From the NCBI GenBank assembly GCA_016839585.1, contig JAEOTZ010000004.1, positions 1-64,000 on the forward strand: a DNA stretch of 64,000 bases. The letters run 5' to 3'. Of the stretch, positions 20,257-30,393 are shown in pieces. Below the pieces are notes generated by a model. It was not told the origin of the DNA. It did no database searches and saw only the letters and a program-made list of their open reading frames with translations. Made by a program: the position numbers and the translations under genes. Origin of the DNA: Promethearchaeota archaeon. GTDB taxonomy: Archaea > Asgardarchaeota > Lokiarchaeia > Sigyniarchaeales > SOKP01. Numbering within the stretch: position 1 is the stretch's first letter; every line of letters begins with the position of its first letter.

Positions 20257-21495
20257 CTATACAGCTCTATATATCGGCCATTTTCTCCAAACATAAGCAA
20301 ATAAAATTTCAATCCAAAGAAACAATAGAACAAATGGAGTTGGATTTATTTCCCAAAAATTATGTGGTTCTCCAAAAAGAAGTGGAGCTAACAAATAGAA
20401 TCCAAAAAATCCTGCTGTGCCAAGCATGATAACTAATATAAAACGAATAATCAAATTTTTCCACTGAGAATATTTTTTAGGCCAATTATCAAAGAACAAC
20501 GATACTACTACAACTGCACATATCAAAAAAATTGCATACGAAATTGCCATATAATAAACACCAATAACCCTTTCAATTTCTCCAAGTGGATTTCCCCCCA
20601 GAATTTGAAAAATACCATCGAAAATATATCCAATTTCTTCTAAGTATACCATAAATAGAAATCCTAATAATACACAACAAACGAAAGCAATTATACCCAT
20701 AAACGGTTGTTTCCTACCTAATTTATTCCAAGGCCAATACTCAAAAACCATCATTGTTAACAAGGAAAAGAAAATTATCCATTGTGTCCATCCAAGCGAA
20801 TAGGGATACGAATTTGGAAAGGAAAATTGTATTCCCTTTATCGCAGTAAGTTCAGTTGTACCCCCTGCATAACCAGTATTGAAAAATATGAGAAACCATA
20901 CTAAAATAGTAATGGCATTTCCAATTACCCATATAATTATCCCTCGTTTTGGCTGTTTATGTTTAAAAAAGGGCCAATACATGGTGCCAGCGACCCAAAG
21001 AACAGCAAATGAAAACAAAGAACCACTTAATGCTCCAAATATAGAAGCACTACGATACCAGATAATATAATCTGAGGCTGATGGATCTACACCAAGATAA
21101 TTGCTATAGAATATATTAAACAATGGTAACAGAACAAGGGTAAAAATAATGATAATTACAGCATTAATAGCTGTGCCAACTAAACCTACCTTCCAAGGTG
21201 TTCGAAACCAATTATAATAAGGCCAATTCTCAAACCAGATTGCCCACACTACTCCAATTAACCCAAAACCTCCAATAACAGATGCCCAAGCTGTTACTTC
21301 ATTATTATATGATGGCAAGGGGTCATGCCAACGTGGATCAAAAAAAATCCACCAGGATACTATACTTATAATAAAAACAATTAATAACGAAATAAGTCCG
21401 GCAATTGGTTGTTTAAATCTTGCCATTACTACCATTGGAGCCTCATCGGCAGAAGGAATTCCTACTTTTTCTCCAGCAAGAGCCATAATTTTCAC
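20257..21495 (-). CDS. polytopic membrane protein with repeated aromatic-x-x-WP motifs, putative transporter
   Basis: ~10 TM helices; WFENWP, TMYWP, FEYWP, FDNWP, WRKWP; first gene of the acyl-CoA ligase/FabH operon. Confidence 0.65.
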   Translation of the reverse strand: MKIMALAGEKVGIPSADEAPMVVMARFKQPIAGLISLLIVFIISIVSWWIFFDPRWHDPLPSYNNEVTAWASVIGGFGLIGVVWAIWFENWPYYNWFRTPWKVGLVGTAINAVIIIIFTLVLLPLFNIFYSNYLGVDPSASDYIIWYRSASIFGALSGSLFSFAVLWVAGTMYWPFFKHKQPKRGIIIWVIGNAITILVWFLIFFNTGYAGGTTELTAIKGIQFSFPNSYPYSLGWTQWIIFFSLLTMMVFEYWPWNKLGRKQPFMGIIAFVCCVLLGFLFMVYLEEIGYIFDGIFQILGGNPLGEIERVIGVYYMAISYAIFLICAVVVVSLFFDNWPKKYSQWKNLIIRFILVIMLGTAGFFGFYLLAPLLFGEPHNFWEINPTPFVLLFLWIEILFAYVWRKWPIYRAV

Positions 21496-21647
21496 TTTTT
21501 ATTATTTTTTTTATATTGTTTTTTTTTTAAACTTTTTGAATAATTAAGTTTTAATAAATAAAATCAGTTTTTAACACTTTTAAAGTTTTAAAAAATAATC
21601 TTGTTGAACTAATTAAATAACAAATGTAAAGCAATTAAAAAGAGTAT

Positions 21648-22979
21648 TTATAAAAAAGTATCGATTGTTTTTTGAGTTTTCATGAAATTAATTAATTTAC
21701 TGCTTTTTTTCCAATATTTTAGATTAACCATAAAGCCGTCTACCATTTTTTTAATAGAGTCATCAAAGTTATCTAGTATTGTAGAAGCACCTAAAGCCAT
21801 TGCATTTTTTACAGTTTCTCTGATGACCCAAACCCCTAAAGGAACAAGATAACCTCCACGAACCTCACGAAAAATTAACACTCTTGCTTGTCTTCCAATA
21901 TTATACAGATATTCACAAACTTCTTTTCTCGCAGAGTAATAAGCACCTGTAATATTGCTTGCATAATTTCTTCTTCCTTGATAAAATTCATAATCTGTCA
22001 TTATCTGAGGTTTCAGATTTCGATTCCGACCATCGAGAGAAATATTCCATAAAGTATTTGGTGCCCATACTTCATTCATTTCATAAGTAAACTTACCTGG
22101 AAAAAGAAGAATCTTAAAGTGATTATCAAGATAACTGCTTTCAAAAATTTGGTAATCATTAATTTCAGGAAATCTTTTAATCTCTTTAATTAATGCTTTT
22201 GAAATAATATCATCCACCGCCGTAATAGTCCAACGAGTGGGTACTAATCTACGATTTTTCTTTTGCCCCAATAATCCAGCAGAAAATACTCTCTTAATGG
22301 TAGATTGAGGTACATGTCCTTTAAAATATAAGTGCTCTGATATCGCATCAACAGCCTTTAGATCTGTATCTGACACACAATAATCGACTTTAGGATGAAC
22401 CTTTACATTTTCAATAATTCTAATTTTCTCAGTCATTCCAGTTGGACCAATTGGGGGAGCATGATTATCCATTAGCATTCTAAGATTCATTTTCTCTAAT
22501 CTAGTTTCTGTATCAACAGGACGAGCAGCCATGGCTAACTCTTGAGATGCGTCTAATAATTTCTGTACTTTTATAGGGGGTGTATTTTTCCTACTCGTTT
22601 GACCTATGTAGACATTAGTTTTAAAATTATTTCTAACTAAGCTACTTCTATAGCTTACAATTTCAGCCATTTGTTTACCAAACCAGAGCTCTGGAGCATC
22701 AAGGATGTAATTATCAGGAACATCTAAATTCAACTCAAACTCTTGGAAAGGAACAAGAGGTCCTAAATATACGTTAGGATAACTAAAATGTCCTACAAAA
22801 AAACCAGGAGGACTTGCACCAAAAATATCTATATCCCTCATGGTTTTATCTAATTTATAGGGGACTAGAGATTTCAATACGGATTTTTTTAATAAGATTG
22901 GACAAGACTTTTTACCACAAAGAAGTCTCGCTCCTTTGCAGCGGAGACATATATTTTTTTCTGTCGGGGGTCTGACCAC
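21648..22979 (-). CDS. nreA: Nre-family archaeal DNA repair protein
   Basis: N-terminal CLRCKG..LCG...CP, GASPP, VPTRWTITAVD, C-terminal PIP box QKTIDTFL. Confidence 0.9.
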   Translation of the reverse strand: MVRPPTEKNICLRCKGARLLCGKKSCPILLKKSVLKSLVPYKLDKTMRDIDIFGASPPGFFVGHFSYPNVYLGPLVPFQEFELNLDVPDNYILDAPELWFGKQMAEIVSYRSSLVRNNFKTNVYIGQTSRKNTPPIKVQKLLDASQELAMAARPVDTETRLEKMNLRMLMDNHAPPIGPTGMTEKIRIIENVKVHPKVDYCVSDTDLKAVDAISEHLYFKGHVPQSTIKRVFSAGLLGQKKNRRLVPTRWTITAVDDIISKALIKEIKRFPEINDYQIFESSYLDNHFKILLFPGKFTYEMNEVWAPNTLWNISLDGRNRNLKPQIMTDYEFYQGRRNYASNITGAYYSARKEVCEYLYNIGRQARVLIFREVRGGYLVPLGVWVIRETVKNAMALGASTILDNFDDSIKKMVDGFMVNLKYWKKSSKLINFMKTQKTIDTFL

Positions 22980-23125
22980 TATTTTCTCTCTAAGAATTTA
23001 TTCTTATTTAATATTAAAAAACGTTCCTTATTATTAAAAAGGTAAAGGAGTTTAAATTTTTAATATTTATATTAAAGAATAAATAATTCAAATTTGCCAA
23101 TTTGAAATAGGAAAAATAAGATTAA

Positions 23126-23701
23126 TCAAAGAATTTTGTCATAATCTAATTCATGAGAATCCATTATTTTTTTGGTCATTTCTTTAAAAATATGGAGGAT
23201 ATTTGTATTTTCCTTTGAAGAAGTCTTCAAAAAATCCTTTTCATCATGTTTATCAAGGAAATTCTCAATAGTTAATTCATCTACTTTATGCTTTTTATTT
23301 TTTTGAAACAAATCAAGTTTAGTTCCAATTAAAATTTTTGGGCGATCATGAAGGGTATACTCTATTAAATGATCATACCACCAATCTAATTTAATAAGGG
23401 TTTCCATTTTTAATAAATCAAAAACCAAAAATATGCCATTCGCCCCATTAATATAATATTTAAATAACTTCTTAAATTGTTCTTGCCCCCCAAAATCCCA
23501 TATTGAAAGCCTTGCTTTATTCTTTTTGCCTCTTACTATAATAGGGATGTCATAGGTATAAAAATCTATTCCAATGGTCAATTTCGTGTCTGCGTCAAAT
23601 GTATTAAAACATAATCTCCGTGCAATACAGGTTTTTCCTACGCCACCGTCACCAATAAGGCAAATCTTGAAAATATAAAGAGGACCCTCTCTTTCAAACA
23701 T
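23126..23701 (-). CDS. Rab-like small GTPase
   Basis: GDGGVGKT, TIGIDF, WDFGGQEQF, TKLD, TSSK. Confidence 0.92.
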   Translation of the reverse strand: MFEREGPLYIFKICLIGDGGVGKTCIARRLCFNTFDADTKLTIGIDFYTYDIPIIVRGKKNKARLSIWDFGGQEQFKKLFKYYINGANGIFLVFDLLKMETLIKLDWWYDHLIEYTLHDRPKILIGTKLDLFQKNKKHKVDELTIENFLDKHDEKDFLKTSSKENTNILHIFKEMTKKIMDSHELDYDKIL

Positions 23702-23836
23702 TGATTACTCACTTTTCTAATAGAGGAACTTATAATTAAAAATTTATTATAATTTCGTACTTTTATCTATATCAATATTATCTTTATTTCCAAACCAATA
23801 AAAATAAATTCATTATACTTTAAAAATGAATGAGAA

Positions 23837-24427
23837 TCATAATTTTCTACACAATAGTTCTCCTTTCCCTATTGGTACAATTAGTGCGTCTACTCGCTTA
23901 TCAGCTAAAACCTTTTCCAACATAGGTTTTAAAGTTTCATAATGAGTAATTGCATTATCTGCAACAAAAATACCTCCCCTAATCATGTTTGGAATTACTA
24001 AATCATAGCATTCTTCATAAATCCTTTTTGAAGCATCCAAAAAACAAAATGATATTTTCTTAAAGTTCTTTATAAATTTACGGGCATCGCCTTCAATTAA
24101 TTCAATATAACGTTCCATGTCTGTTATTTTGAATGTGTCTTTCGCTAATTCTATTTTTTCCTTTAAAATTTCGAAGGTTATAACTTTATTCTCTGTCAAT
24201 TTACAAGCAATAGCAATCCATAGAGTGGAATATCCAGCACTAGTTCCTATTTCTAAAAATTCTCCTTTAGGCGCACTTGCAGCTAAAATCGAAAGGAATC
24301 TACCCGTATCAGGTGTTATTTGCCGCAATCTTCTTAATCTTGGAGTTCCATCATTTCGATCTCTTGAATCAAAATCTTCTAAATATTCCATCCTTTTTTT
24401 TATATTTTCAGGTATATTATGAAACAT
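23837..24427 (-). CDS. class I SAM-dependent O-methyltransferase
   Basis: [19 protein letters not shown]. Confidence 0.88.
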   Translation of the reverse strand: MFHNIPENIKKRMEYLEDFDSRDRNDGTPRLRRLRQITPDTGRFLSILAASAPKGEFLEIGTSAGYSTLWIAIACKLTENKVITFEILKEKIELAKDTFKITDMERYIELIEGDARKFIKNFKKISFCFLDASKRIYEECYDLVIPNMIRGGIFVADNAITHYETLKPMLEKVLADKRVDALIVPIGKGELLCRKL

Positions 24428-24452
24428 TTTCCATCATTGAATGTTATTCTAA

Positions 24453-24917
24453 TTAAAAATATTTAATCCAAATTGTAGCATCATCATCAGGATAAAATGC
24501 AGGGATAATTGAGACTTCCCGGAAACCCAAATTCTTATAGAAAAGTCTGCCAATTCTGTGTTCCCTTTCCATAAAGAGATAAATAACACGTAGTTTATAT
24601 CCATCCGCGGAAAAGAATTTTTTTGCTTCATTAATTAACGAGATTATCAATAGTTTTGCTATACCTTGACGCCTAAAACTAGAATTAACTCCTAATCCAA
24701 CTAATTCCACAACTCCATCATTTAAACCACCCCGGCTATCCCATGATACAGTTCCAATTACATTTTCATCAGTTATACATAAAAGTGTTTTTAATTTAAA
24801 TACTAAATCCTTAGCAAACTCCTTTGCACGCTGGTAATGATTTTCAACTTCCGTAAGATACATATTTATAAGGAGTTCAATATTTTTCTCTGAAGCATAT
24901 CTAATTACTTTTTCCAA
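24453..24917 (-). CDS. GNAT N-acetyltransferase
   Basis: V...FRRQGIA acetyl-CoA motif, FYKNLGF. Confidence 0.88.
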   Translation of the reverse strand: MEKVIRYASEKNIELLINMYLTEVENHYQRAKEFAKDLVFKLKTLLCITDENVIGTVSWDSRGGLNDGVVELVGLGVNSSFRRQGIAKLLIISLINEAKKFFSADGYKLRVIYLFMEREHRIGRLFYKNLGFREVSIIPAFYPDDDATIWIKYF

Positions 24918-25101
24918 TAACTTTATCTCCTTTAAAATAAATTTCTCTTTGTAATCTATAACATAATTTTAATGAAAAAATTTTACTTTTAGTGACCCCC
25001 CTTATTATTTTTAAATAACTTCTGATTTTAAATTACAATTCAAATAAGTAATTATATAAAAAATTGAAAAACAAAAGAAATTAAACTAATGGTGGTTAAT
25101 T

Positions 25102-25362
25102 CTGGGTTATATTAAAGAAACTGCTGAAGTAATTAAAGACTCATTAAAAGGAATTTCAAACAAAAAGAAGTTTAAGAAACTTATTAATAATATGATTTTT
25201 GCTATAGAGACAAAAACAGTTAGTGAATATTTTTTTTATAAATATAAAGTCTTAGAAGAATTAGCTCCACTTATTAATTTGAAGAAAGAAAAAGATAAGG
25301 ACTATTTAGAGAAGTATAAAAAAGTAAAACATTCATATAATAAACTTTATAAAAGAAGTTAA
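25102..25362 (+). CDS. unlisted 86-aa basic hypothetical protein (CTG start)
   Basis: Open frame GYIKETAEVIKDSLKGISNKKKFKKLINNMIFAIETK...LYKRS; GGTGG 6 nt before CTG; fills the gap between two genes. Confidence 0.55.
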   Translation: MGYIKETAEVIKDSLKGISNKKKFKKLINNMIFAIETKTVSEYFFYKYKVLEELAPLINLKKEKDKDYLEKYKKVKHSYNKLYKRS

Positions 25363-26996
25363 AAACTAAAAGCTTTAATGAATTTTCTTCCAATTATTTC
25401 CATTCCACGTTTTATAAATTCCCCTTTTCCAATATGTCCTTCATTATATTCTTTATACGTATCCTTGAATTTCTCCCACTTAAGTCCAAGGTGAATCATT
25501 AAATGTTCTTTAAGATTATCTATTTTATCAATATTTCTTTCTATTCGATTAAAAATTATTGCTTTTCTTTTCACTTTTGTTTTACTATAAGTTACTTTGA
25601 TGATTATACCAGCAATTGCGCTAACAACACCACCAACAATTGCTTGGAGCCAAAAAGGAATATCACTTAACCAATTAAAAGGATTAGCTTTAGGTTCAGC
25701 ACATGATCTTTGATCTGGATTTTTAATTAAAACTATATCATAATTGCCTTCACCATAACTCTTCGTTACACCAATAATAAACATATTATCTTCTCCATCA
25801 AAATCTATTCCGTATCCTTGTTCATCATAATTCCTGCCCCAAACACTACAATATTCTCTATTACCTAAACTATCATATTTTAACCAACAGATTTCACCAT
25901 CATCATCACCATTACCAAAAAATTTACTACCCACTACATAAATATATCCGGTAGAATCAAAAGCTAATCCATCAGCAAAATCAGTATATGAACCTCCATA
26001 AGTTCTCACCCATAATAATGCTCCACCACTACTATATTTCAATAAACAAATATCTCCATTTTCCCCATTTCCATCTGCATCGGTTATGCCTCCAACATAA
26101 ACATAACCATCAGATCCTACTTCAATACAAGTTCCCATATCATTTCCAGAGCTTTCCCAAAGTTCATCAAATTGAAGATTACCATCGCTATTATATTTGA
26201 GTAAAAAGAGTTCACTCATTCCATACTGAATTGAACAACAACGATATCCCGTTACATAAATCATATCAAATAAATCAATAGCAATTCCAATACCATATGC
26301 AATATCAAAATATCCGACTCCAGCTTTCCAAGTTCTTTCCCATTCAAATCCGCCTGTGCTATTAAATTTAAAAAGATCCATTTCATAATCATAGGTCATA
26401 GATCCTGGATCCAAGTCGTTATTACTACAAATATATACATTCCCTAATGAATCTACACCTAATCCTACACCAAATGGAGCATAAGGAAGACAATTACCAA
26501 ATGTTTGATTCCATAGTTGTTCTCCATCGCTGTCATATTTTATTAATACCATCTTAAGTTGATTACTACCATAAAATATTTGCCCTCCTACATATACACT
26601 TCCATTAGGACCTAGAGCAATAGCTGTTCCATAATTATCATCAATTCCCTCATACCATTCTCTTTGCCACATTTTCTTGCCTGAATTGTTAAATCTACTC
26701 ATTATAATTTTACTTTGTCCTAAGTTAATATCTGTTTCATATCCCACAATGTAAATATCACCTGTAATCTTGTCTACTTCTATATCATATCCCCAGTCTT
26801 CGGATGTATTACCTAGCGTTAGGTACCACTCTTCTGCTGCAATTAATGGAAATTTCATATTATCCTTACAATTTTTATTATAAACATAAATAGGCATTAG
26901 TGACAAATTAATAAAAGTGCATAGAAATCCGCTGAAAAAAAGTAAATAAAGCAATTTGAATCCTATTAACTTAAATCTTGTATTTAATTTAGACAT
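25359..26996 (-). CDS. membrane-anchored beta-propeller (SBBP-repeat) surface protein with cytoplasmic tail
   Basis: Repeats of GI.vDs.GnvYv.G ... LlKY.s.G...W; N-terminal signal/anchor, TM helix near residue 450, basic tail. Confidence 0.82.
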   Translation of the reverse strand: MSKLNTRFKLIGFKLLYLLFFSGFLCTFINLSLMPIYVYNKNCKDNMKFPLIAAEEWYLTLGNTSEDWGYDIEVDKITGDIYIVGYETDINLGQSKIIMSRFNNSGKKMWQREWYEGIDDNYGTAIALGPNGSVYVGGQIFYGSNQLKMVLIKYDSDGEQLWNQTFGNCLPYAPFGVGLGVDSLGNVYICSNNDLDPGSMTYDYEMDLFKFNSTGGFEWERTWKAGVGYFDIAYGIGIAIDLFDMIYVTGYRCCSIQYGMSELFLLKYNSDGNLQFDELWESSGNDMGTCIEVGSDGYVYVGGITDADGNGENGDICLLKYSSGGALLWVRTYGGSYTDFADGLAFDSTGYIYVVGSKFFGNGDDDGEICWLKYDSLGNREYCSVWGRNYDEQGYGIDFDGEDNMFIIGVTKSYGEGNYDIVLIKNPDQRSCAEPKANPFNWLSDIPFWLQAIVGGVVSAIAGIIIKVTYSKTKVKRKAIIFNRIERNIDKIDNLKEHLMIHLGLKWEKFKDTYKEYNEGHIGKGEFIKRGMEIIGRKFIKAFSF

Positions 26997-27158
26997 CTTT
27001 CAACTAACTTTACAACTTGATAATTTTGTTTGAATTGAATTGGATAAGAATTTAAAAGAGATTAAATCTAAATCTTAATTTATATTTTTCAGTTGAGATT
27101 TAAAAGCTTTTACTATTCATTAAAAACAAAAGTTAGACTTTTATAAAATTATAATAGT

Positions 27159-28271
27159 TTAAGATTGGGACAATAATTCTATTAAGGCTCTTGGAATTTC
27201 TTTATAATTGTTCACAGCATAAAATTTTCCCCTTCCTGCTTGAGCTATTTCCCTGCAAGTGTCAATTCCTCTGTCTGCATCATTTTCTGCTGGCATTCCA
27301 ATAACATGTAATTTTGGATACTCTTTTGCTAAAATAATAGGATCATCACCACGATTATAATTTCCATCGGAAATTAATATGCCGAAACGGTTTCTCCTAT
27401 TTTCTTTCACTTTATTTAACTCTTTTAATCCTTTTTCTAAACCTATATAAATATTAGTAAAGCCAACAGCCTCAGAATCTAAAATATCATCAATAATATC
27501 AATAACTTGCTTCTTTTGATTAACTTTTTTCAAAATCATGGCTGTAGAATTAAAAAGTATAATAGCGAAATCTTCCTTTTCCATATTGTAAGCTAAAACT
27601 GAGGTTGTAAGTGCTGCATTTAGTAATAAACTCCCATACATACTTCCACTAGTATCTAGAATCAATACAACTTTTCTTTTTTGTCTTTTTCTTTCAATTC
27701 CATAAATATCTCGATAACTTAAACTTTTTTTATAAATTTTTAATGGATTATGCTGAATTGTTTCATCCATATTGAATTCAGGCATTCCAATTTGGTAATA
27801 TGGAACAGTCTTTTTGTACTGTCCCTTTATTCCTTTGCTTGTTATTTTTAATGATAATTTTATAATACTTTGGCGTGCCAATCGTCTAAAAATCTTTTTA
27901 TATTTTTCAGAAACTGGACGCCTGATAAAGAAATAAATTTCTGGCATAAATTCTCCTGACTCTTTAGCCTTTTCCGAAAAGAATCTAACACCTTCATCAG
28001 TATCTATGGCATCTGTTGCGGCATACACATTTGATTTTAAAAGTCCGATTATAGCTTCAAGGTTTTTGTATTGAATTGCTACATATGTTAATTCTTTTAT
28101 CTGCTTATAATCAAGAGAACTAGCTAAATGTTTATAATAATCTGGCTTTTTCTTTTTCTTTCTAATTATTTCATACTTTAAAATTTCTTTGTCAGGTGGT
28201 CTTTCAGTAAGTCTAACATGCAGTCTCTTCTCAATCTCTTCGGAATTTTCCTCTGAGAAATCATCGATTAT
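27159..28271 (-). CDS. vWA-domain protein, MoxR partner (probable ATA start overlapping the MoxR stop)
   Basis: MIDAS DTSGSM, GFTNI, LISDG; frame open ~81 codons upstream of the GTG at 28028. Confidence 0.85.
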   Translation of the reverse strand: MIDDFSEENSEEIEKRLHVRLTERPPDKEILKYEIIRKKKKKPDYYKHLASSLDYKQIKELTYVAIQYKNLEAIIGLLKSNVYAATDAIDTDEGVRFFSEKAKESGEFMPEIYFFIRRPVSEKYKKIFRRLARQSIIKLSLKITSKGIKGQYKKTVPYYQIGMPEFNMDETIQHNPLKIYKKSLSYRDIYGIERKRQKRKVVLILDTSGSMYGSLLLNAALTTSVLAYNMEKEDFAIILFNSTAMILKKVNQKKQVIDIIDDILDSEAVGFTNIYIGLEKGLKELNKVKENRRNRFGILISDGNYNRGDDPIILAKEYPKLHVIGMPAENDADRGIDTCREIAQAGRGKFYAVNNYKEIPRALIELLSQS

Positions 28272-29140
28272 TAAAAATCCGATTTATTTAAAACAGCAAG
28301 AACAATGTTAGTAATTATTTCTTTTTTTGATTGTGTCAAACCATCTTCTAATTCGATTTTATTATATAGGGACATTACAGCTGATTCAATCCAGTTCTTC
28401 GAACTATTATCATTACCATATTGACTTATTAAAGCAGCCATGTCAATTGCTCCTCTAATAGAGCTCCCTCTTCGTATTGATGTACTTTCTCTTGTTTTTT
28501 GAATTATATTTTGAGATATTTTAGCGATTTTATCAACATTGCCATTACTTAAATTCGCTTCTTGCTTAATAATTAAAATTTCTTCTTCAGGATTTTGATA
28601 ATTTAATTTTATCCAAACAAAACGATCAATTAATGCTTCTCCTAAAACAGTTACCCCTACATGAGCAGATGGATTTTGTGTTGCTATAACAAAAAAATCT
28701 TCATGAGCATGAATTGTTTTTAATTTTGGAATTTCTAAAATCCCCTCATCCAATACAGTTAATAATTCATTTTGAGTACTTTCAGGCATTCTATTGATTT
28801 CATTTATAAATAAACATCCTCCCTCTAGCATAGCACGAACAAGAGGGCCTTGTACATATGTATCTTCAACGTATCCCTTTGCAATTACTAAAGGAGGATC
28901 AAAATAACCTACAAGATTATGTGTGAGAGTTTCTTCTGAGCAATCAATACGATAAAAATCTGAATCAAAATAAGCGGCTACAGCTTTCGCGAGAGTCGTT
29001 TTTCCAACTCCAACTTCACCTTCTATTAAGATATTCTTACCTACTGAGTGAGCTAAAACAATTTGTTTTAACTCTTCCGTTCTACCAATTATTTTATATT
29101 TCTCTTGTATTTCTTTTACTATTTCGGTTGTATCAACCAT
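28271..29140 (-). CDS. MoxR-family AAA+ ATPase
   Basis: GEVGVGKT, FINEINR, ATQNP, ALIDRF. Confidence 0.9.
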   Translation of the reverse strand: MVDTTEIVKEIQEKYKIIGRTEELKQIVLAHSVGKNILIEGEVGVGKTTLAKAVAAYFDSDFYRIDCSEETLTHNLVGYFDPPLVIAKGYVEDTYVQGPLVRAMLEGGCLFINEINRMPESTQNELLTVLDEGILEIPKLKTIHAHEDFFVIATQNPSAHVGVTVLGEALIDRFVWIKLNYQNPEEEILIIKQEANLSNGNVDKIAKISQNIIQKTRESTSIRRGSSIRGAIDMAALISQYGNDNSSKNWIESAVMSLYNKIELEDGLTQSKKEIITNIVLAVLNKSDF

Positions 29141-29424
29141 AAATGTAACAAATTATTTATCTCTAAAAAATTTTTTTAATTGAAGCTTTTCCTATCTCAC
29201 ACATCCCACTTGAATGAAATTCAATTTTTGGGGAAATTAATACGAATTTTTTTTGAGCTCCCTGAAGAAAGATACTAATTTTGTTAAATGAATTTTTAAT
29301 AAACTTAAAAGAAAGTTATATTCAAATTTAAACTTCAAATAGAGTAAAGAAAAGTTTATATTAACTTTTGTAAATTCTTCTTATAAATTTTAATTTATTT
29401 ATATTTTAGTGTTGATAAATTATC

Positions 29425-30393
29425 ATGGAATTAGCAATTGAAGCTATTGGAATTACAAAAAAATTTGGTGGGCATGGAAAAGGACCTTTTAAAAAACCTA
29501 TTGTGGAAGCACTAAAGAATGTTGATTTCAAAGTAAAATCTGGGGAAAATTATTGTCTCTTAGGACCAAATGGTTCCGGAAAAACTACATTAATACGTTG
29601 TGTTTTAGGATTATTAGAGGGTGAAGGTTCTATTAAACTTTTAGGATATGACATACCAAAACAACGGAATAAAATAATACAAAAAATAGGTTATATGCCT
29701 CAGGAGACCAGTCTTTATTCTGACTTATCAGTAAAAGAAACCCTTCAATTTTTTGCACGAATTTTTGGTTTAAAGAATCGTGAACATCGAAATAAAGCTA
29801 TAGAAACAATATTAGATGTTTTAAAATTAAAAGAATGGCAAAATATGATTGTAGAAAATCTTTCAGGAGGTATGAAACGTCGACTTTCTTTAGCAAGTTC
29901 TTTAGTACATGAACCCGAGCTTATCTTACTCGATGAACCAACAGTGGGGGTGGATCCAAAGCTTAGACTTACTTTCTGGGACTATTTTAATGAATTGAAC
30001 AAAAAGGGAGCTACAATTCTTACAACAACTCACGTGATGGATGAAGCCGAAAAAAGTCATATAATTGGTTTTATGAGAGATGGGCGTCTTATTGCCGAAG
30101 GCTCTATAGATGAGTTAAAGAAAAGAATCCCTAAATATAGGAAACTAACTGTTAAAACAACAATTGAAAATACAGAATCAATTGGAAGTTTAATTTCGAA
30201 AGAATGTGATCTAGAAGTAGTTCCATCTCAATTTAAAATAGAAGTATTTTATGATGATAATTCAATGTTAGAACCAATATTAGAATTGATTAAAAATGAA
30301 ACCAAAATACAAGAAATCATTACAACTGAACCTAATCTAGAAGATATTTTTATACATTTTTCAAATAAAAAGGAGGGTTCTATAGATAAATGA
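29425..30393 (+). CDS. ABC-2 exporter ATP-binding subunit
   Basis: GPNGSGKT, LSGGM, LLDEPT, TTH. Confidence 0.93.
   Translation: MELAIEAIGITKKFGGHGKGPFKKPIVEALKNVDFKVKSGENYCLLGPNGSGKTTLIRCVLGLLEGEGSIKLLGYDIPKQRNKIIQKIGYMPQETSLYSDLSVKETLQFFARIFGLKNREHRNKAIETILDVLKLKEWQNMIVENLSGGMKRRLSLASSLVHEPELILLDEPTVGVDPKLRLTFWDYFNELNKKGATILTTTHVMDEAEKSHIIGFMRDGRLIAEGSIDELKKRIPKYRKLTVKTTIENTESIGSLISKECDLEVVPSQFKIEVFYDDNSMLEPILELIKNETKIQEIITTEPNLEDIFIHFSNKKEGSIDK

Noticed and set aside
27069-27102. Inverted repeat TAAATCTTAA...TTGAGATTTA upstream of the first SBBP gene
   Set aside because: 9/10 match in extremely AT-rich DNA around a TATA box; too weak to call.
29180-29300. Slightly GC-richer intergenic patch between moxR and the ABC exporter
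   Set aside because: No convincing ORF, hairpin or RNA motif found.
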